From Carpediemonas membranifera BICM (taxonomy: Eukaryota; Protista; Fornicata): 64,000 nt of DNA. Position 1 is the stretch's first letter. Each line of letters starts with the position of its first letter. The DNA lies in assembly GCA_019828565.1 (NCBI GenBank), contig JAHDYR010000014.1, positions 124,001-188,000 of the forward strand, given 5' to 3'. Under the pieces are notes generated by a model. The model did no database searches and was not told where the DNA came from. It saw nothing but the letters and a program-made list of their open reading frames with translations. A program made the translations under genes and the position numbers. Shown piece by piece: positions 1-11,829 of the stretch.

Positions 1-14
1 TAATGCATTCGCGT

Positions 15-602
15 TTAATCCTCTGTCTCTGTCTGCTCGGACTCGGTCTCGGACTCTTGCTCTTCCGCGAGGATCTCGATTACACTGTTGAGCTCCTCAG
101 CGAGGGAGGCGTACTCGACTGTCCGGGCGGCGGAAACGCCCTTCCACTGAGTGTTCACCTGGGCGGCAGTCAGCTTCTTGCCGGTCTCGGTCTCATACAT
201 TTTGCGGAGAGCCAGCTTGAAGAGAGCGGCACCCTTCTCTGAGCGCTTCTTGATGGCACCGGTAGTCTCCTTCTTGGAGGCTGCCTTCTTGGCAGGGGCC
301 TTCTTGCCGTTCTTAGCCTCCTTGGCAGCCTCCTTCAGAGCCTTCTCCTCCTCCTTCCAGTTGGGGTACTTTGCCTCGTAAGCAGCCATCTGCTTGTCGA
401 AGGCTTCCTTCTCGAGGTTGTACTCGTCAACATAGAGCTTCCGCGCCTCCTCGTCCATGTCTTTCCATTCTGCGCCCATCGTGCTCATCATCTCGGTCCC
501 CTTAAGCTCCGGCTTCTCTTCCTTGAGCTTCGGGCGGCGAGCGACAGTGAAGCGGATGTAAGGCTGGTTCGGTTTCTTCGGTACGGCTTCACGTTCGCCC
601 AT
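15..602 (-). CDS. HMG-box protein
   Basis: PKKPNQPYIRF...RPKLKEEKPELKGTEMMSTMGAEWKDMDEEARKLY HMG box, followed by a Lys/Ala linker and a degenerate second box. ATG at 602. Confidence 0.85.
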   Translation of the reverse strand: MGEREAVPKKPNQPYIRFTVARRPKLKEEKPELKGTEMMSTMGAEWKDMDEEARKLYVDEYNLEKEAFDKQMAAYEAKYPNWKEEEKALKEAAKEAKNGKKAPAKKAASKKETTGAIKKRSEKGAALFKLALRKMYETETGKKLTAAQVNTQWKGVSAARTVEYASLAEELNSVIEILAEEQESETESEQTETED

Positions 603-1016
603 TATGTATTTCGAGATCAAAGGCGTGAACCGTTATTGCGAGACATCTCCGCCATTAGGAATAAATGCTAAATATCTCGGTGAATAGGCTGATACAGACG
701 GCGCTAACATGTGCACCAGTCACTATGCCATGGCTTTCACCCAACAGGTTAACTTGGGAAGATAATGACAGTCAACCCGCCGCCACCGTGTCCGAGACAG
801 CTGGCGTGTTGACGCCAGAAGATCAGCTGTGTTTCATCGGAGTCAAGTCCAGGGCGAAAGATCGGTCAGACAGCAAAAGCTTGGTCACCCCAAACTGCGG
901 TCGGCGCCAGTTGGCGCAATGACACAGCCGCGGATAAGAGCAGACGGGTTTGATTAACTGCCGCAGACTTTATGCTTTCAAATCCGCATAAAAAGATGAA
1001 CACCATTGAACTCCGC

Positions 1017-2103
1017 TCACCTGGCACTCAGCTTCTCGAGCCTGTCCGCTGCCGGCGGGAGGAGGTTGTACAGGACAATGATGGACCCCACCGCCATGGC
1101 ACCAAAGAGATGCTGCATGGTCACAGCAACCCCGAACAGCAACCAGGAGGCGTAAATACAGAGAACGATGCTGGCCGAGGAGCAAAACACCTTGACGATG
1201 TTGTTGGCGAACTTCATGATAATGGAGATGAGCAGACCAGAGCAGCTCATCGTCAGCACCAGAAGCCACACAGCGGGGGTCCACCCAGAGAAGAAGTTGG
1301 ACCTTACCGGATCCCGATCAATGGCAAACCAGTAAACGAGGTTAAACAACACACCCCAGAAGTATAATGACGTGTTCTGGGCGTGTACAGAGATGTGGCT
1401 GTACCGTTTGAGGAAGTATTCAGTGAAGACAGAGGCAAAGGACGAGTTAAACGTGTACAAAATGGCCAATAACACCCCGACTGTCCTAGAGCTCTTGGTC
1501 GTGGCGGAGGGAACATACTGGGTCCATGAGATGACGAGCATTAGTAGGACCAGGGTCAGGTAGTGTAGGCCGGTGAACCTCTTGTGGAGTACGAAACGCA
1601 TCAAGACCGCGGTTGAAATGATCTTGAAATTGGACAAAATCTGGAACAATGCGGGCTCCAGATACCTCAAGATGAGGAATACAAGGTTGTTGTTGATGGC
1701 GTAAAGAATGGCAGGGACGGCTGATAGAAAGACGAGTTGCCAGGACATCGCCCGGGCCTGCTCCATGATGAAGTCGGGGGAGTTGCGGAGGAGGAAGAAG
1801 AGTGAGATGCAGATCTTCATGAACTCAACATAGGTGACAACGGAAGAGGAACAGTAGTCGTAGGTACCGTATGCGTTCTTCGTCGCATAACTGATGAGGA
1901 CATCTAATGACCTAGGTAAAGGGTAGAATAGAGTTACTATACAGGAATATCGTCAGCACAGTGCATGTGAAGAGCAGGAGGGGCAGTTGCAGGCCGATTC
2001 TTTCAAGATTGAAGTGTTTGAGCAATATACGCACGATAGGGTTCTTCAGCTGCTGTAATATCGCATTAGAAAAGCCATCGCGAGCTCCTATCGTTCGATC
2101 CAT
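1017..2103 (-). CDS. Nucleotide-sugar transporter (SLC35A-like), 2 exons
   Basis: Motifs VPAILYAINNNL, FQILSNFKIISTA, FASVFTEYFLK, ANNIVKVF. A 31-nt GT-AG intron at 1912-1942 joins ORFs 1912..2103 and 1017..1820 in frame. Confidence 0.85.
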
Positions 2104-2269
2104 GCTCGATGGAGCAAGAGAGGCTTTCGCGTAGTTGAGAGCTGTGATTTATGATCCACGTAAATGACGTTAATACGTCTGTTGACCCTTGTTGAGCCTC
2201 ATAAGTGTACCAGGCCTATCATGACTGCAAATAGAAGCAATCCACGCTGCCGCACAGGGGTCATGGCCA

Positions 2270-3472
2270 CTAGGTTCTGAGTCCATCCATGATCTCATCA
2301 ACTAAGGCCGGGTCCTCCCAGGCCTCCACCACGCCGGTCCTGGACCACTCAGCCACATACGTATCGAAGTCCAGTGCATCTGGCACACTGACCGAGTCGG
2401 CCCAGTCGAGCAGACCGTTATCGTCCAGGTCGGGCAAATGCTCGTTAGTGGATGTCACGGCAAGCTGCCGTATCCACTGAGCCCTGCGCTTCTTCCACTT
2501 CTTCTTAGCGGCCTCCTCCCTGTTGAGCGTCCGCACAGGATCCGATATGCGGGGTGCCCTCGACTCAACCACGTCCACCACCTTCTGCCGGGTCTCTGGG
2601 TCAGTAAGTATCCCGGGCCTGACCGGGCGCCACGAGTTAACGTCGGCCCGCCGGTACCACTGCCCATGGTCGGTCGGGTCGGTCTTCAGGCCCGCCTCTT
2701 TGGCTGCGGCCGCCCGTTTGTTCTGCTCGAAGTAGTCTCTGGGTGCGAATGCGTTAAGATCAATAGCTCTCTTAACATAAATCTTGTAATACACGTCAGG
2801 AGGGAAGAGAGTCCCGCCCAACCGGAATCGGACCGTGGCCTCGAATGAGCCATCTAGTAGTGCAGCCTCAGTAGGGTTGATCTGCTGAAGGATGCGTCTG
2901 GGGTCCCCTCGCCGTTCGTATAAGATAAGGGACTTGTAGAACATGAAGACTGTGCGGAACGAGAAACGCATCCAGGCGCGCTGAATCACCAGAGCTGCTT
3001 TCGCGCGCCTCTTCCTTTGTGGTGCAATGAGCCTCCATTGCCGTTGCAGCGTACAGGCGGCGACATGGTAAATGTGGCGATGGTCAAATCGGGCAAAACG
3101 GTGAACAAGCCACATCCGGACAGTCGACTGGATCTTAGCGGCACAGAAGTGGGGGAACGCTGCATTCATGGCTCTTTCTGTGACGCTCCCATTCGAAACA
3201 CGCCTGATCATGCCCCCAAAGGTCTTAATTCCAGTTGCTTCTCGATTGTAGTTCACAATGCTGTTGAATGTGAGAGACCAATGGATTTCATCGGGGTATT
3301 GATAGAAAGTCGCAGCAAGATAACGGCGCCAAGCTCGCTGAATAACGATTGCGGCGACATGCATGCGCAATACGGGCGTAGATTCCGTCTGATCGAAGAG
3401 AAACAGGCGGTACCGATCGCTTCTGTCACATAGCCAGTTTGAGACCTGATTTGGCCGGGACATCCGTTGCAA
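2270..3472 (-). CDS. IQ-motif protein, C11orf65/MFI-like
   Basis: Four IQ-like motifs (AAIVIQRAWR etc.), then GDPRRILQQINPTEAALLD...VRFRLGGTLFPPDVYYKI...AFAPRDY...WYRR...WRPV. Confidence 0.75.
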   Translation of the reverse strand: MQRMSRPNQVSNWLCDRSDRYRLFLFDQTESTPVLRMHVAAIVIQRAWRRYLAATFYQYPDEIHWSLTFNSIVNYNREATGIKTFGGMIRRVSNGSVTERAMNAAFPHFCAAKIQSTVRMWLVHRFARFDHRHIYHVAACTLQRQWRLIAPQRKRRAKAALVIQRAWMRFSFRTVFMFYKSLILYERRGDPRRILQQINPTEAALLDGSFEATVRFRLGGTLFPPDVYYKIYVKRAIDLNAFAPRDYFEQNKRAAAAKEAGLKTDPTDHGQWYRRADVNSWRPVRPGILTDPETRQKVVDVVESRAPRISDPVRTLNREEAAKKKWKKRRAQWIRQLAVTSTNEHLPDLDDNGLLDWADSVSVPDALDFDTYVAEWSRTGVVEAWEDPALVDEIMDGLRT

Positions 3473-4078
3473 TAGTGTTGACTCGTTGTTGCTGCCGTTC
3501 TAAAGTTGAGCCAAGTTCACAAAAATTTGCGCGTGAAATGGGCGATAACACTGTCTCTGACGTCTAGCGCAACTCCATGGTCCAAGCATTGTCGTTTTTG
3601 GCCGCTCATCTTGTCCCTCTCGCTGGAATGAAGTCCAAGTCAAGCAAGAGATGTACTCAACCGAGGTTCACCAGACAACTACCGCCTGCTTTATCTTCAC
3701 CTCGTGCCGGCAGGTCTTGGCAGGCCAATGACTACGCACGACGGATTGGACTGGCCGGGCTGATGGAGAGAGTGAACGAGTCGATCTTCCTCTTTGGTGC
3801 TGAGGAGATGAAGGCCTATGAGAAGAAGGGTGGTGAACCCGACTCGACATAATATAACAGTAACCAATCTGGCGGCTTGCTCGGCCGGGCTGAGGAGAGT
3901 GGAGAGGTATGACTTGTGATGTACTAGGACCGTGAATTTACGAAAATCCCCCAAGAGATGGACACGATGGACAAGGGTCAAGGAAGATTATATAAGCTGA
4001 ATGGTCATAAAACACACACGCTAATGACAAAATATTGCAAGCATGGTCATTTTCGATGGCATGTGACCATGCATTGTT

Positions 4079-4118
4079 TGTTGCGCAGTGTAAACACATT
4101 CTTCGAACCTCCAAGACA
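4079..4118 (+). repeat. LTR-like short repeat, copy 1
   Basis: TG...CA ends. 4079-4100 is identical to 5004-5025, and the remainder is similar but diverged. Confidence 0.55.
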
Positions 4119-4239
4119 GGGCCTGAAAGGAACGATCAAAGTGCCAAACTGTACAATATCATCCGTCCGTAGACGAATGTTGGCGGTTAGCCAATTGATG
4201 ATACTGGAATGATGTTTGAAGACGTGGATCAATGTGCGA

Positions 4240-4830
4240 CTGAACGGAGAGCCACTGAGCTCATCTTCCGTGGCAAGAGAACGCCACAGGATGTTCTCTG
4301 CAGCACTCTTGTCCCGATGAACAACATTCAGAGCATCAGGAACTGTTGCGCGCCACTGAGCACCACGGCACTGTGGATTTTCGCAGAGCATCACACGATG
4401 TGGGTGAACGTGCTGGTCATCACGCGGACGAACTCGCTTGTAGGGGGCGTGGCAGTGAGGGCAGACGACGGTGGTGCGATCCTCGTTAACCATGTTAAGA
4501 TCGACGACAATGTTATACCCTTGAGAAGAGGAACTATCTCTCTCGCGAACTTTCGATATGGCGCGCAAGGAATGAACATACCAGCAGGCGTGGTGAATCC
4601 CGAGCTCCCGTAGAAGACTTTCAGGCGAATGGGGGTGGCGATGGGATGGTGGCGACCGAACTCTCGAGCCAACTGTTGGCCGCAGCGGGCGAAGTAAGGT
4701 AACCCAGTAAGGTCAGCTTGCTTGATGGAGGCTTTGATCGTATATATCTCCATCTTGTTGCGCACAACAGGTGTGCAGCTGGTCATAGATGAAGATGTCA
4801 TATGAGCCGACGATGAACACCATTACCAGC
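4240..4830 (-). pseudogene. Fanzor/TnpB-family nuclease, C-terminal remnant
   Basis: VFYGSSGF...PCAPYRKFAREI, a frameshift near 4525, then VNEDRTTVVCPHC (RuvC-II Glu plus Zn ribbon), CENPQC and HRDKSAAENIL (RuvC-III). The N-terminus and RuvC-I are absent. Confidence 0.8.
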
Positions 4831-5003
4831 ATATACAAGTGTAGAAGTGAATTTAATGTGGAATAGAAGACAATGAGACGACGTGTGAGCGATTGTGATG
4901 TTTGCAGCTGTACTGACGTCCACGAAGAAGACGCTTTGTGGAAGCCCTGGAGAATACGATCTCCCTACCGACTTGAGACGTGAGTAGGAGGGAGACAGGG
5001 CAG

Positions 5004-5046
5004 TGTTGCGCAGTGTAAACACATTGTTTGACCCTTCAATAGCACA
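5004..5046 (+). repeat. LTR-like short repeat, copy 2 (preceded by a polypurine tract)
   Basis: GAGTAGGAGGGAGACAGGGCAG|TG...CA. The last 32 nt are the exact reverse complement of 5053-5084. Confidence 0.6.
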
Positions 5047-5052
5047 AAATAT

Positions 5053-5144
5053 TGTGCTATTGAAGGGTCAAACAATGTGTTTACTGAGGAGGTTTAGACC
5101 CGTGGTGGTGTAAATGGTCCAAACTAGGGGATTTGAATGCCTCA
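5053..5144 (-). repeat. E1 3' LTR
   Basis: 92 bp, identical to 9604-9695. Confidence 0.95.
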
Positions 5145-5170
5145 CTACCCCCCCTCCTTCAATGCGATGT

Positions 5171-8100
5171 CTAATCCTGCCGAGTGCCATTTGATTGGCG
5201 GGCCGACCTTCTGAGCTTCAAATCATCAAACCGCTTCATGGCTTCCTCTAGGGGTGTATTCACCTGCAGGTACTGCTGAAGTATCGCATTGCCTCTCATA
5301 TCCTCGTCTGTTGGGTTTCTCCACGTGTCGTCTGCTGGTTCGTATCCTAACCAGCGCACCTTCACCTCTGGCGTCTTCATCACGTCCTTCTTGATCCTGT
5401 GCGTGACGATCTCTTTGATATACGTGTGCATACGGTCCTTGGCGCATTCTGCCTTCGCCTTTCTCCTCATCCCAGTCGCCTTCTGCGAGCTTCAGATGCT
5501 TCACGTGCTTCTTATACGTCTTGTTCGTCTCGGGGTCCCTTATCACGAACGAGCTGGCGTTTCCAGGTGCCTTCTTGACCACCTGAAGTGGGCCTCTCCA
5601 TCGTAGCTGGTACTTCCCTCTCTGTTCTGCATCCCTGTCGACCATGACCCACGCCTTGGCTGTGATACGGGTCGGTGTCCTCTTGTTGTGCTTGTCCTGT
5701 CTGGCCTTGGCCGCGTCGTACGTCTTCTTCGCCGCGTCCCTGCGCTGTTGAGCTCTCATCTTCTCGTTCCGGACCATCTTGTCAATGACGTCCGTAACGT
5801 CGGCTCTCTCCTGGTTCGACAGTGTCATCTTCCCTTCCCGCTCTGTGGACACCACTAGCTTCCAGGGTGACGTGCCTGTCGTGGCAGATCTAGCCTGGTT
5901 GATGATGTTCTGAACCGCTGGCAGTAGGCCCATCCATTGCTTCGTGCCGCGCTGATGCATCTCGTCCCTGAGGTGGCGGTTCACTTCGCGATTCCTGCGC
6001 TCAACGATCCCATTCTCCTCGTGATGGTACGGGGTGGTCGTCTTCGCGCCCCCGCCTAGCTCTGCTGCGAACGACTTGAACTCCTTCGAGTCGAACTGCC
6101 GTCCGCTATCGGTCACCCACTCGACCGGGGGCGGGAAGTGTGTGAGGTATCTTTCCCTGATTGCTCTGATGGTGGCGGCGGAGGTCACCGTCTTCAGTGG
6201 GCACAGGGTGACCCACCTCGTCGACTCCTCCACCAGCACCAGGATGTACCGGTAACCCTGGTCTGCCTCTGCCATGTTGATGGTGTCGGCGAACACGCGA
6301 CTGAACGGCGACGCTGGCATGCGCAGCTGCTCCTGATATTGCTCGCGTGACCGGTGTTCGGCGTTCTTCTGGCACACGGGGCACTCCTTAACCATCCTCT
6401 GGACGTCCGTGTCCGCAGTGTCCCAGCGCAATCCCTTATCCTCGAGCTTCCACAGCGTCTGGTCAACCCCGTGGTGACCGGTGCCAGGTCCGTGAACGGA
6501 CTTGAAGCGTGGCAGCTTCTGGGACTCGGGTATGGCCGGGAACGTGCCCTCCTCTTCGGGCTCGGCGTCAAGGGTGTCGCCCTCGTCTGTCCCGGCTGCT
6601 TCCTCGGTGTCGCTTTCGTCTGCCTCGTCGCGCTCGCGGTCAGGCTGTCCTGCCGCCTCTTCGCGGAACCGAACTCTCGGCTCGTCGGCGGCGACTTCTT
6701 CCGACTCTTCCTCCGCTGCGTCGACTGCACACATCACGGACACGATCGCACCCTGCTGCTCTGGTGTCAGGCTCTCGGCTTCTGCGCGGGGCATTCTGGA
6801 CAGGCCGTCCGCGACCGTATTAGACTTACCAGGCACGTGGGTGATGCTGAACTTGAGGTTGCCCAGCTCAAGTGCCCAGCGCTGCACCATGGGGTCGACG
6901 TTGCCCCACGTGTACACGAGGTTACGGTGGTCCGTGAACATCTCAAACTCCCCTTGTGGCTAGGAACCGTCTCATCTTCCTCGTGGCCGCTATGATGGCG
7001 AATGCCTCCCTTGCGGTAGGTGCTCCACTTGCGCTGGCTTGCTGTCAGGGCCTTGGAGAAGAACATCACAGGTCGCTTCGACCCGTCGTCCTCGACTCTG
7101 ACCAGCACTGCGCCGACACCGGTGTCGGACGCGTCGGTGAACAGCTGTAGGCGGTCGTCAGGGCCCGGTGTGACCAACAGTGTGGGGGAGGTGACGATCT
7201 TCTTCAGTCTCTTGAACGCCTCTCTCTGGGGGTCGCCCCACACGAACGTCTGGCCCTTGATCTCCAGCTTGCGGATCGGCTCGGTGATGTCCGCGTAGCC
7301 GGGGATGAACTGGGAGAAGAAGTTGAAGATGCCCAATGTGGACCTGACGTCACTCACGTTTGTCGGGTCGGGCAGCTCCTGGACACCCTGGACGCGCCAT
7401 GGGGGGATGCGCTTTCCCTCCGCCGACACTATCCATCCGAGGTACTCCACCTCCGTCAACCCGAAAAAGCACTTGTTCTTGTTGAGCTTCAGCTTCTTCT
7501 CTCGCACCCGGTCCATCACCCGCATCAGGTTCGCCTGGTACTCTTCCCAGGTCGACCCATAGACGATGATGTCGTCCACGTACACAAGACACGCCGTGCC
7601 CAGCATGTCCGCGAAAGCCTCCTCTAAGGCCTCTTGCATATGGCCAGCCGCGGTGGCAAGGCCGAACGGCATCGTAGTGTAGGTATAGTGCCCCTTGGAG
7701 TACGTGAACGCCAGGTACTCCTGTGTGTCGGGGTGCACCGGGACCTGATGGAAGGCCTTGCTGAGGTCAAGTGCTGCGAAGTACTTGTTGCCCCTCAGCC
7801 TCTCGATCAGCTCTTCCGTCGACGGCAAGTCGTGCTGAGTCATGGACGCCAGGAGCTCGTTCAGTGGCGAGTAGTCCATGCACGGCCGCCACGTCCCGGC
7901 CTTCTTCCGCACCATGACCACTGAGCTGCTCCAGGGAGACTTGGTTGGGATGATGATCCCGCTTTCCTCCAGCTTCTGCATCTCTGACCGGAGTTCATCC
8001 TCCACCTGTCTTGGGAACCTTCGGGGCAGACGGAAGTAGGGTCGGGCGTCCTTCTTCAGCGTGACCTTGAACGGCTTAAGGTCTGCTGGTTCGCCTGCAT

Positions 8101-9590
8101 CGCCGAAGCAGTCGCTGTATCTCTCGGCCCAGTCCTCTGTGAGCTTGGAGATGACCTGGATGGGGTCTGCTTCGGTGTCAAGGTTGCGGTTGATTAGGCC
8201 GAGGGAGTCAATCACCTCCATGTTGATGAGGAACGACTCGGCCTTGTCCATCGCATACCAGGTCGGCGTCGCGGTGACCTCTCTGTCGAGGTGGAGGGTG
8301 ATCGGCACATCTGACAACACTCGGTAGACCCTCCTCATCGACTCGTCAGCCAAGCGGACTGTCTCGCCCCGCGTGGCGATCTTCAGTCCCTTCTCGACGG
8401 CCCAGTCCCTCGGCACGACGCTGAACGAGGAGCAGGTGTCCATGCGGACGATCAACTCTTCGCCCAGCAGACTGGCCTTCTCCTGCCAGATAGTCTTGGA
8501 CGCTAACATAAAACAGAAAGGATACTCAGATGGCTTTACAACTGTGCACTGGTGCGACTTGTGGCCGAACTCGCCGCACCTGAAGCACTTCGGCTCCTCG
8601 TGTGGGCAGTCGGCCGAGTCGTGACCCTTTTCGCCGCAGTTGAAGCAGCCGCGGCCCCCTTGCCGCCGCTCAGGCTTGGCCCCCTCGGCCGCGCCGTCAT
8701 TGCGTCTGCGCTCTCCCGTCCTCGCTGGCATCTTCCGCTCCTCTCTCGGCTTGCTCTGCAGTGACTCGAGCTGCTTCTGTAGGGCCGCGAGCCGGCTGCT
8801 CGGCACCAGGTCAAACTCTCGCATGGCATCTGTTCGGGCCCGTAGGTACTTTGCTATGACCTTCAACGACTTCGCGACTGTTGACTTGGAAAGAACAACA
8901 GAGCGAAGAGACGATGCGATCGTCTCGTCATCGAGGCTCGCCAGAACGATCTCCTGGAGCTCTCTAGCATCCAGGGACCTTCTCGAACAGATCTACCATA
9001 TCCGTGAACACATGGCGGTAACGGGTGAAAGAGGTCTCACGGAGCTTGCGAAGCTCGCGGTACGCGCGCTGAAGACTGATATTGGTTAGTGTGGCCTCAG
9101 CCATCACCACCCAGCGCTCATCGCGCTTCCTCCTCGTTGTCTTCGCCTCCTTCTTCTCTTGGTCTTGAGCCATGATGTACCGGAGCAAAGCGTCGTCCCG
9201 GGCGGTCGTCTTGCCGCTTGTCTTCTTCTTCCGGGCCGGGTTAGCGATGAGTGTGCTCCGGGCGTCATCCTCGGAGTCGCTCTGGGCGTGCGCGTCTTCG
9301 CCGCCCCTGCTGCTGTCGCTACCCTCGTTGGCGCTGAACATCTCCTCGTCGTCTTCACTCGAGCTGTCAGAGCTGTCATCGGAGCTTTCGTCGTCCTCCA
9401 GAGCTTGGTATGCGTCCTTGATACTTGTTCTCACTTTCGCGTCGATGCACTCGAAGAGGGTCTTCGGCTTGACCTCATCTTCAGCATAGAGTGCGTAGCT
9501 CATGCGGAACCTCACCCAGTCGGCTGCAGTGTGCCGGAGATACTTCGGGTAAGTCCCTTTTGGGTCGTCGTCATCGTCATCCTTCTTCAT
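5171..9590 (-). CDS. E1 Gag-Pol polyprotein (split by frameshifts near 8970, 7015 and 5460)
   Basis: Two CCHC knuckles (CFNCGEKGHDSADC), protease MDTCS, RT YVDD, RNase H TDASD/TDHRNL, HHCC plus DDE integrase, chromodomain VKVRWLGYEPADDTW. Confidence 0.85.
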
Positions 9591-9603
9591 GCGTAGTAAT
9601 TAC

Positions 9604-9695
9604 TGTGCTATTGAAGGGTCAAACAATGTGTTTACTGAGGAGGTTTAGACCCGTGGTGGTGTAAATGGTCCAAACTAGGGGATTTGAATGCCTCA
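9604..9695 (-). repeat. E1 5' LTR
   Basis: 92 bp, abuts palindrome AGTAATTACT (9595-9604). Confidence 0.95.
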
Positions 9696-9719
9696 AATAT
9701 GTCGGGCAAAAGTGCGACG

Positions 9720-11797
9720 ATGCGAGGCCTCTTCACCTACATTGTAGAGAACAACCTTTCTCGCAAAGAGCCGCTTCAATACCGCCAACCTACTCATATC
9801 GGTGTTGATGTCACTCAGTGGCTCTATAACCTCAGTCCGTTTTTCCACTTTCCTCTTAATCAGACTTAGCGGGCCCAAACAGCAACCCCTGGATGATGCA
9901 GGTGCTTGGCGGTGCTCCTGCTCACCTTCCTCATGCCATTCACCAACAACTTGCAGATTTCCGGGCCGCCAACCTCATCCCAACCTTCGTTTTCCCCGGA
10001 CCCATGAATCCCATCCGTTCATCGGCCCGCGAGACGGATTTGATGCAGCGCTCTAACGCTTGGGACGCCTACCTGGAGTCGGGCACAACCCTTGACTTCC
10101 CGAGACCCCTCCTGACTGACCTGCTGCCTGAGATCGCCGCCATCCTCGCTGAAGAGGACGCTGATGTCATCTTTGCTCCATCAGGCGTTATCCCGCAACT
10201 GGGATACCTTGTCGAGACCCATGCAGTCCAGACAGTGTGGGCGGCCGTTGACTTTCTCCTGTGCCCCGTCTCACAACAGCCCCCTTTCTTCCTGACGAAG
10301 ATCAACTTCGGAATGAGAGAGCAGTTCTCCGTCGAGCATCAGCAGTTCATGCGCCATTTACTAGCCGAGTACGGCATCAAGAATCCAATGGAGCTGATCG
10401 TGGCGGCATTGTTCGCTGGTGGAAACGTCTGCCAGACCGCACCCCCCTTCATGGACAATTACCGCATCGAGGACGTCTTCCACGCCGTCCGCAGCCACGG
10501 CGATGTCAACAAGCACGACCCGGACCAGATCTGCCTCAGCGTCATGTCCCACTCAAGATTCTCAGTTGATCGGTATTTGAGTGAATTCGTATCCGGCCGT
10601 ATCAGGCTGATGCACCCGCTGGTCATGGACCGGTCTGGCAGGGTCGCCCCGGCCTACTCGGACGTTCTATTCCGGTCTAACAAGGACAAGCACATTGTCG
10701 TCGGTGCGCTGGGAAACCACCTCCCCGACCAGCTCTACACCCTCCTGTTCACGGGTGCCGCCAGACCGGAGCTGCTGGCCCCGCTCGTATTCAACCGGGC
10801 GACGCTGCTCGCTCCCCGCCTCTCCTCCGTGTCCTACCGCACCGCCGTCGAGTGCGCCGTCAGCCTCCGGACACTGACACTGACCTCCTTAACCGCCGGA
10901 CTCCACCCGGACTTCAGGGCAGACGACGAGCCCTACTACATCAAGGCCGCCACTGACAGCAGCGCCAGGGCCATCCGCCTCCCCCGCAAGGCCGGGCTCT
11001 CCAGAGACGAGATCCTCCGCATTGCAACCCGCAATAAGCCCGCGGCCCAGGCTGCTGGTGTCTGGGACCTATCCATGTCCGCTGCCATGCTCGCTGACCC
11101 GGTCCGGCCTGCTCCCGCTGAGAACTGGGTGCTGCTGTCTGCCCTGGCCGACGCCCTGGCCCTCCATGCCCTGGGATACTGCACCACAGACCTCAAGCCC
11201 CTCCCCGTGCTCCAGCTCATCGCCCAGAGCGGCTACCACGCCGCTCCTGCCCTGCTGCTGGTGGAGATGCTGCGGCGCGGCTTCACCCTCGATCCTGTCT
11301 CGATCGAGCCGCCCCTCCGCACGCCACGCCCCGCGGCCCCACTGGCCGTGGACGTCATCTCCTGGCTGTGCTGTGTGAATAGCCTCGCCCCGCCTGCTGC
11401 AGGCCAGTGGACCGGCAGCCTTTCCCCCGAGGTGACTGCTATGGGGTCCGCCGTCGCCCTCTTCCGGTCTGAGCTGCGGCTGCTGTTCGAGGCTCAGGTC
11501 GCCGCGCTTTCTCTCACTTCAATGCCCAACCAGCTGAGCATTCTCTCTCGGATCAGTGCGAAGCTCCCCTTCCGCGTGGATAACGGCTGGTGGGTCGCCC
11601 AGGTTGTCCGGGGCATCCTCACCAACCAGGGATCTTATCGTTACCAGTCCAGCGGCATGCTCGGTGCCGCAAAGGAGTGGGTCCTTTTCGCATGTGCCCT
11701 CATCGAGCGGCTGGCTGTCGCTGAGCCACAGGATTCGATCATTAAGCTTGCTAAGATCGTTCCGGAGATTCGTTCGACCATCGATAAGCTGTGCTAA
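9720..11797 (+). CDS. MKT1: MKT1-like XPG/PIN-fold post-transcriptional regulator, 2 exons
   Basis: MRGLFTYIVENNL...IGVDVTQWL...LGGAP...IPTFVFPG, later ALGNHLPDQLY. A 29-nt GT-AG intron at 9835-9863 restores the frame. Alternative ATG at 9699. Confidence 0.7.
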
Positions 11798-11829
11798 GTG
11801 TAAATAGACAAAGTTTAGGACTGGGTCAC

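Larger units (their letters stand above)
5053..9695 (-). mobile_element. E1: Ty3/Gypsy chromodomain LTR retrotransposon, full length
   Basis: Identical 92-bp LTRs (5053-5144, 9604-9695), TSD AATAT (5048-5052, 9696-9700), PPT at 5145-5160, gag-PR-RT-RH-IN-chromodomain order. Confidence 0.95.

Noticed and set aside
3577-4020. Short ORFs between the IQ gene and the Fanzor remnant
   Set aside because: They are fragmentary, with stops and no recognisable domain.
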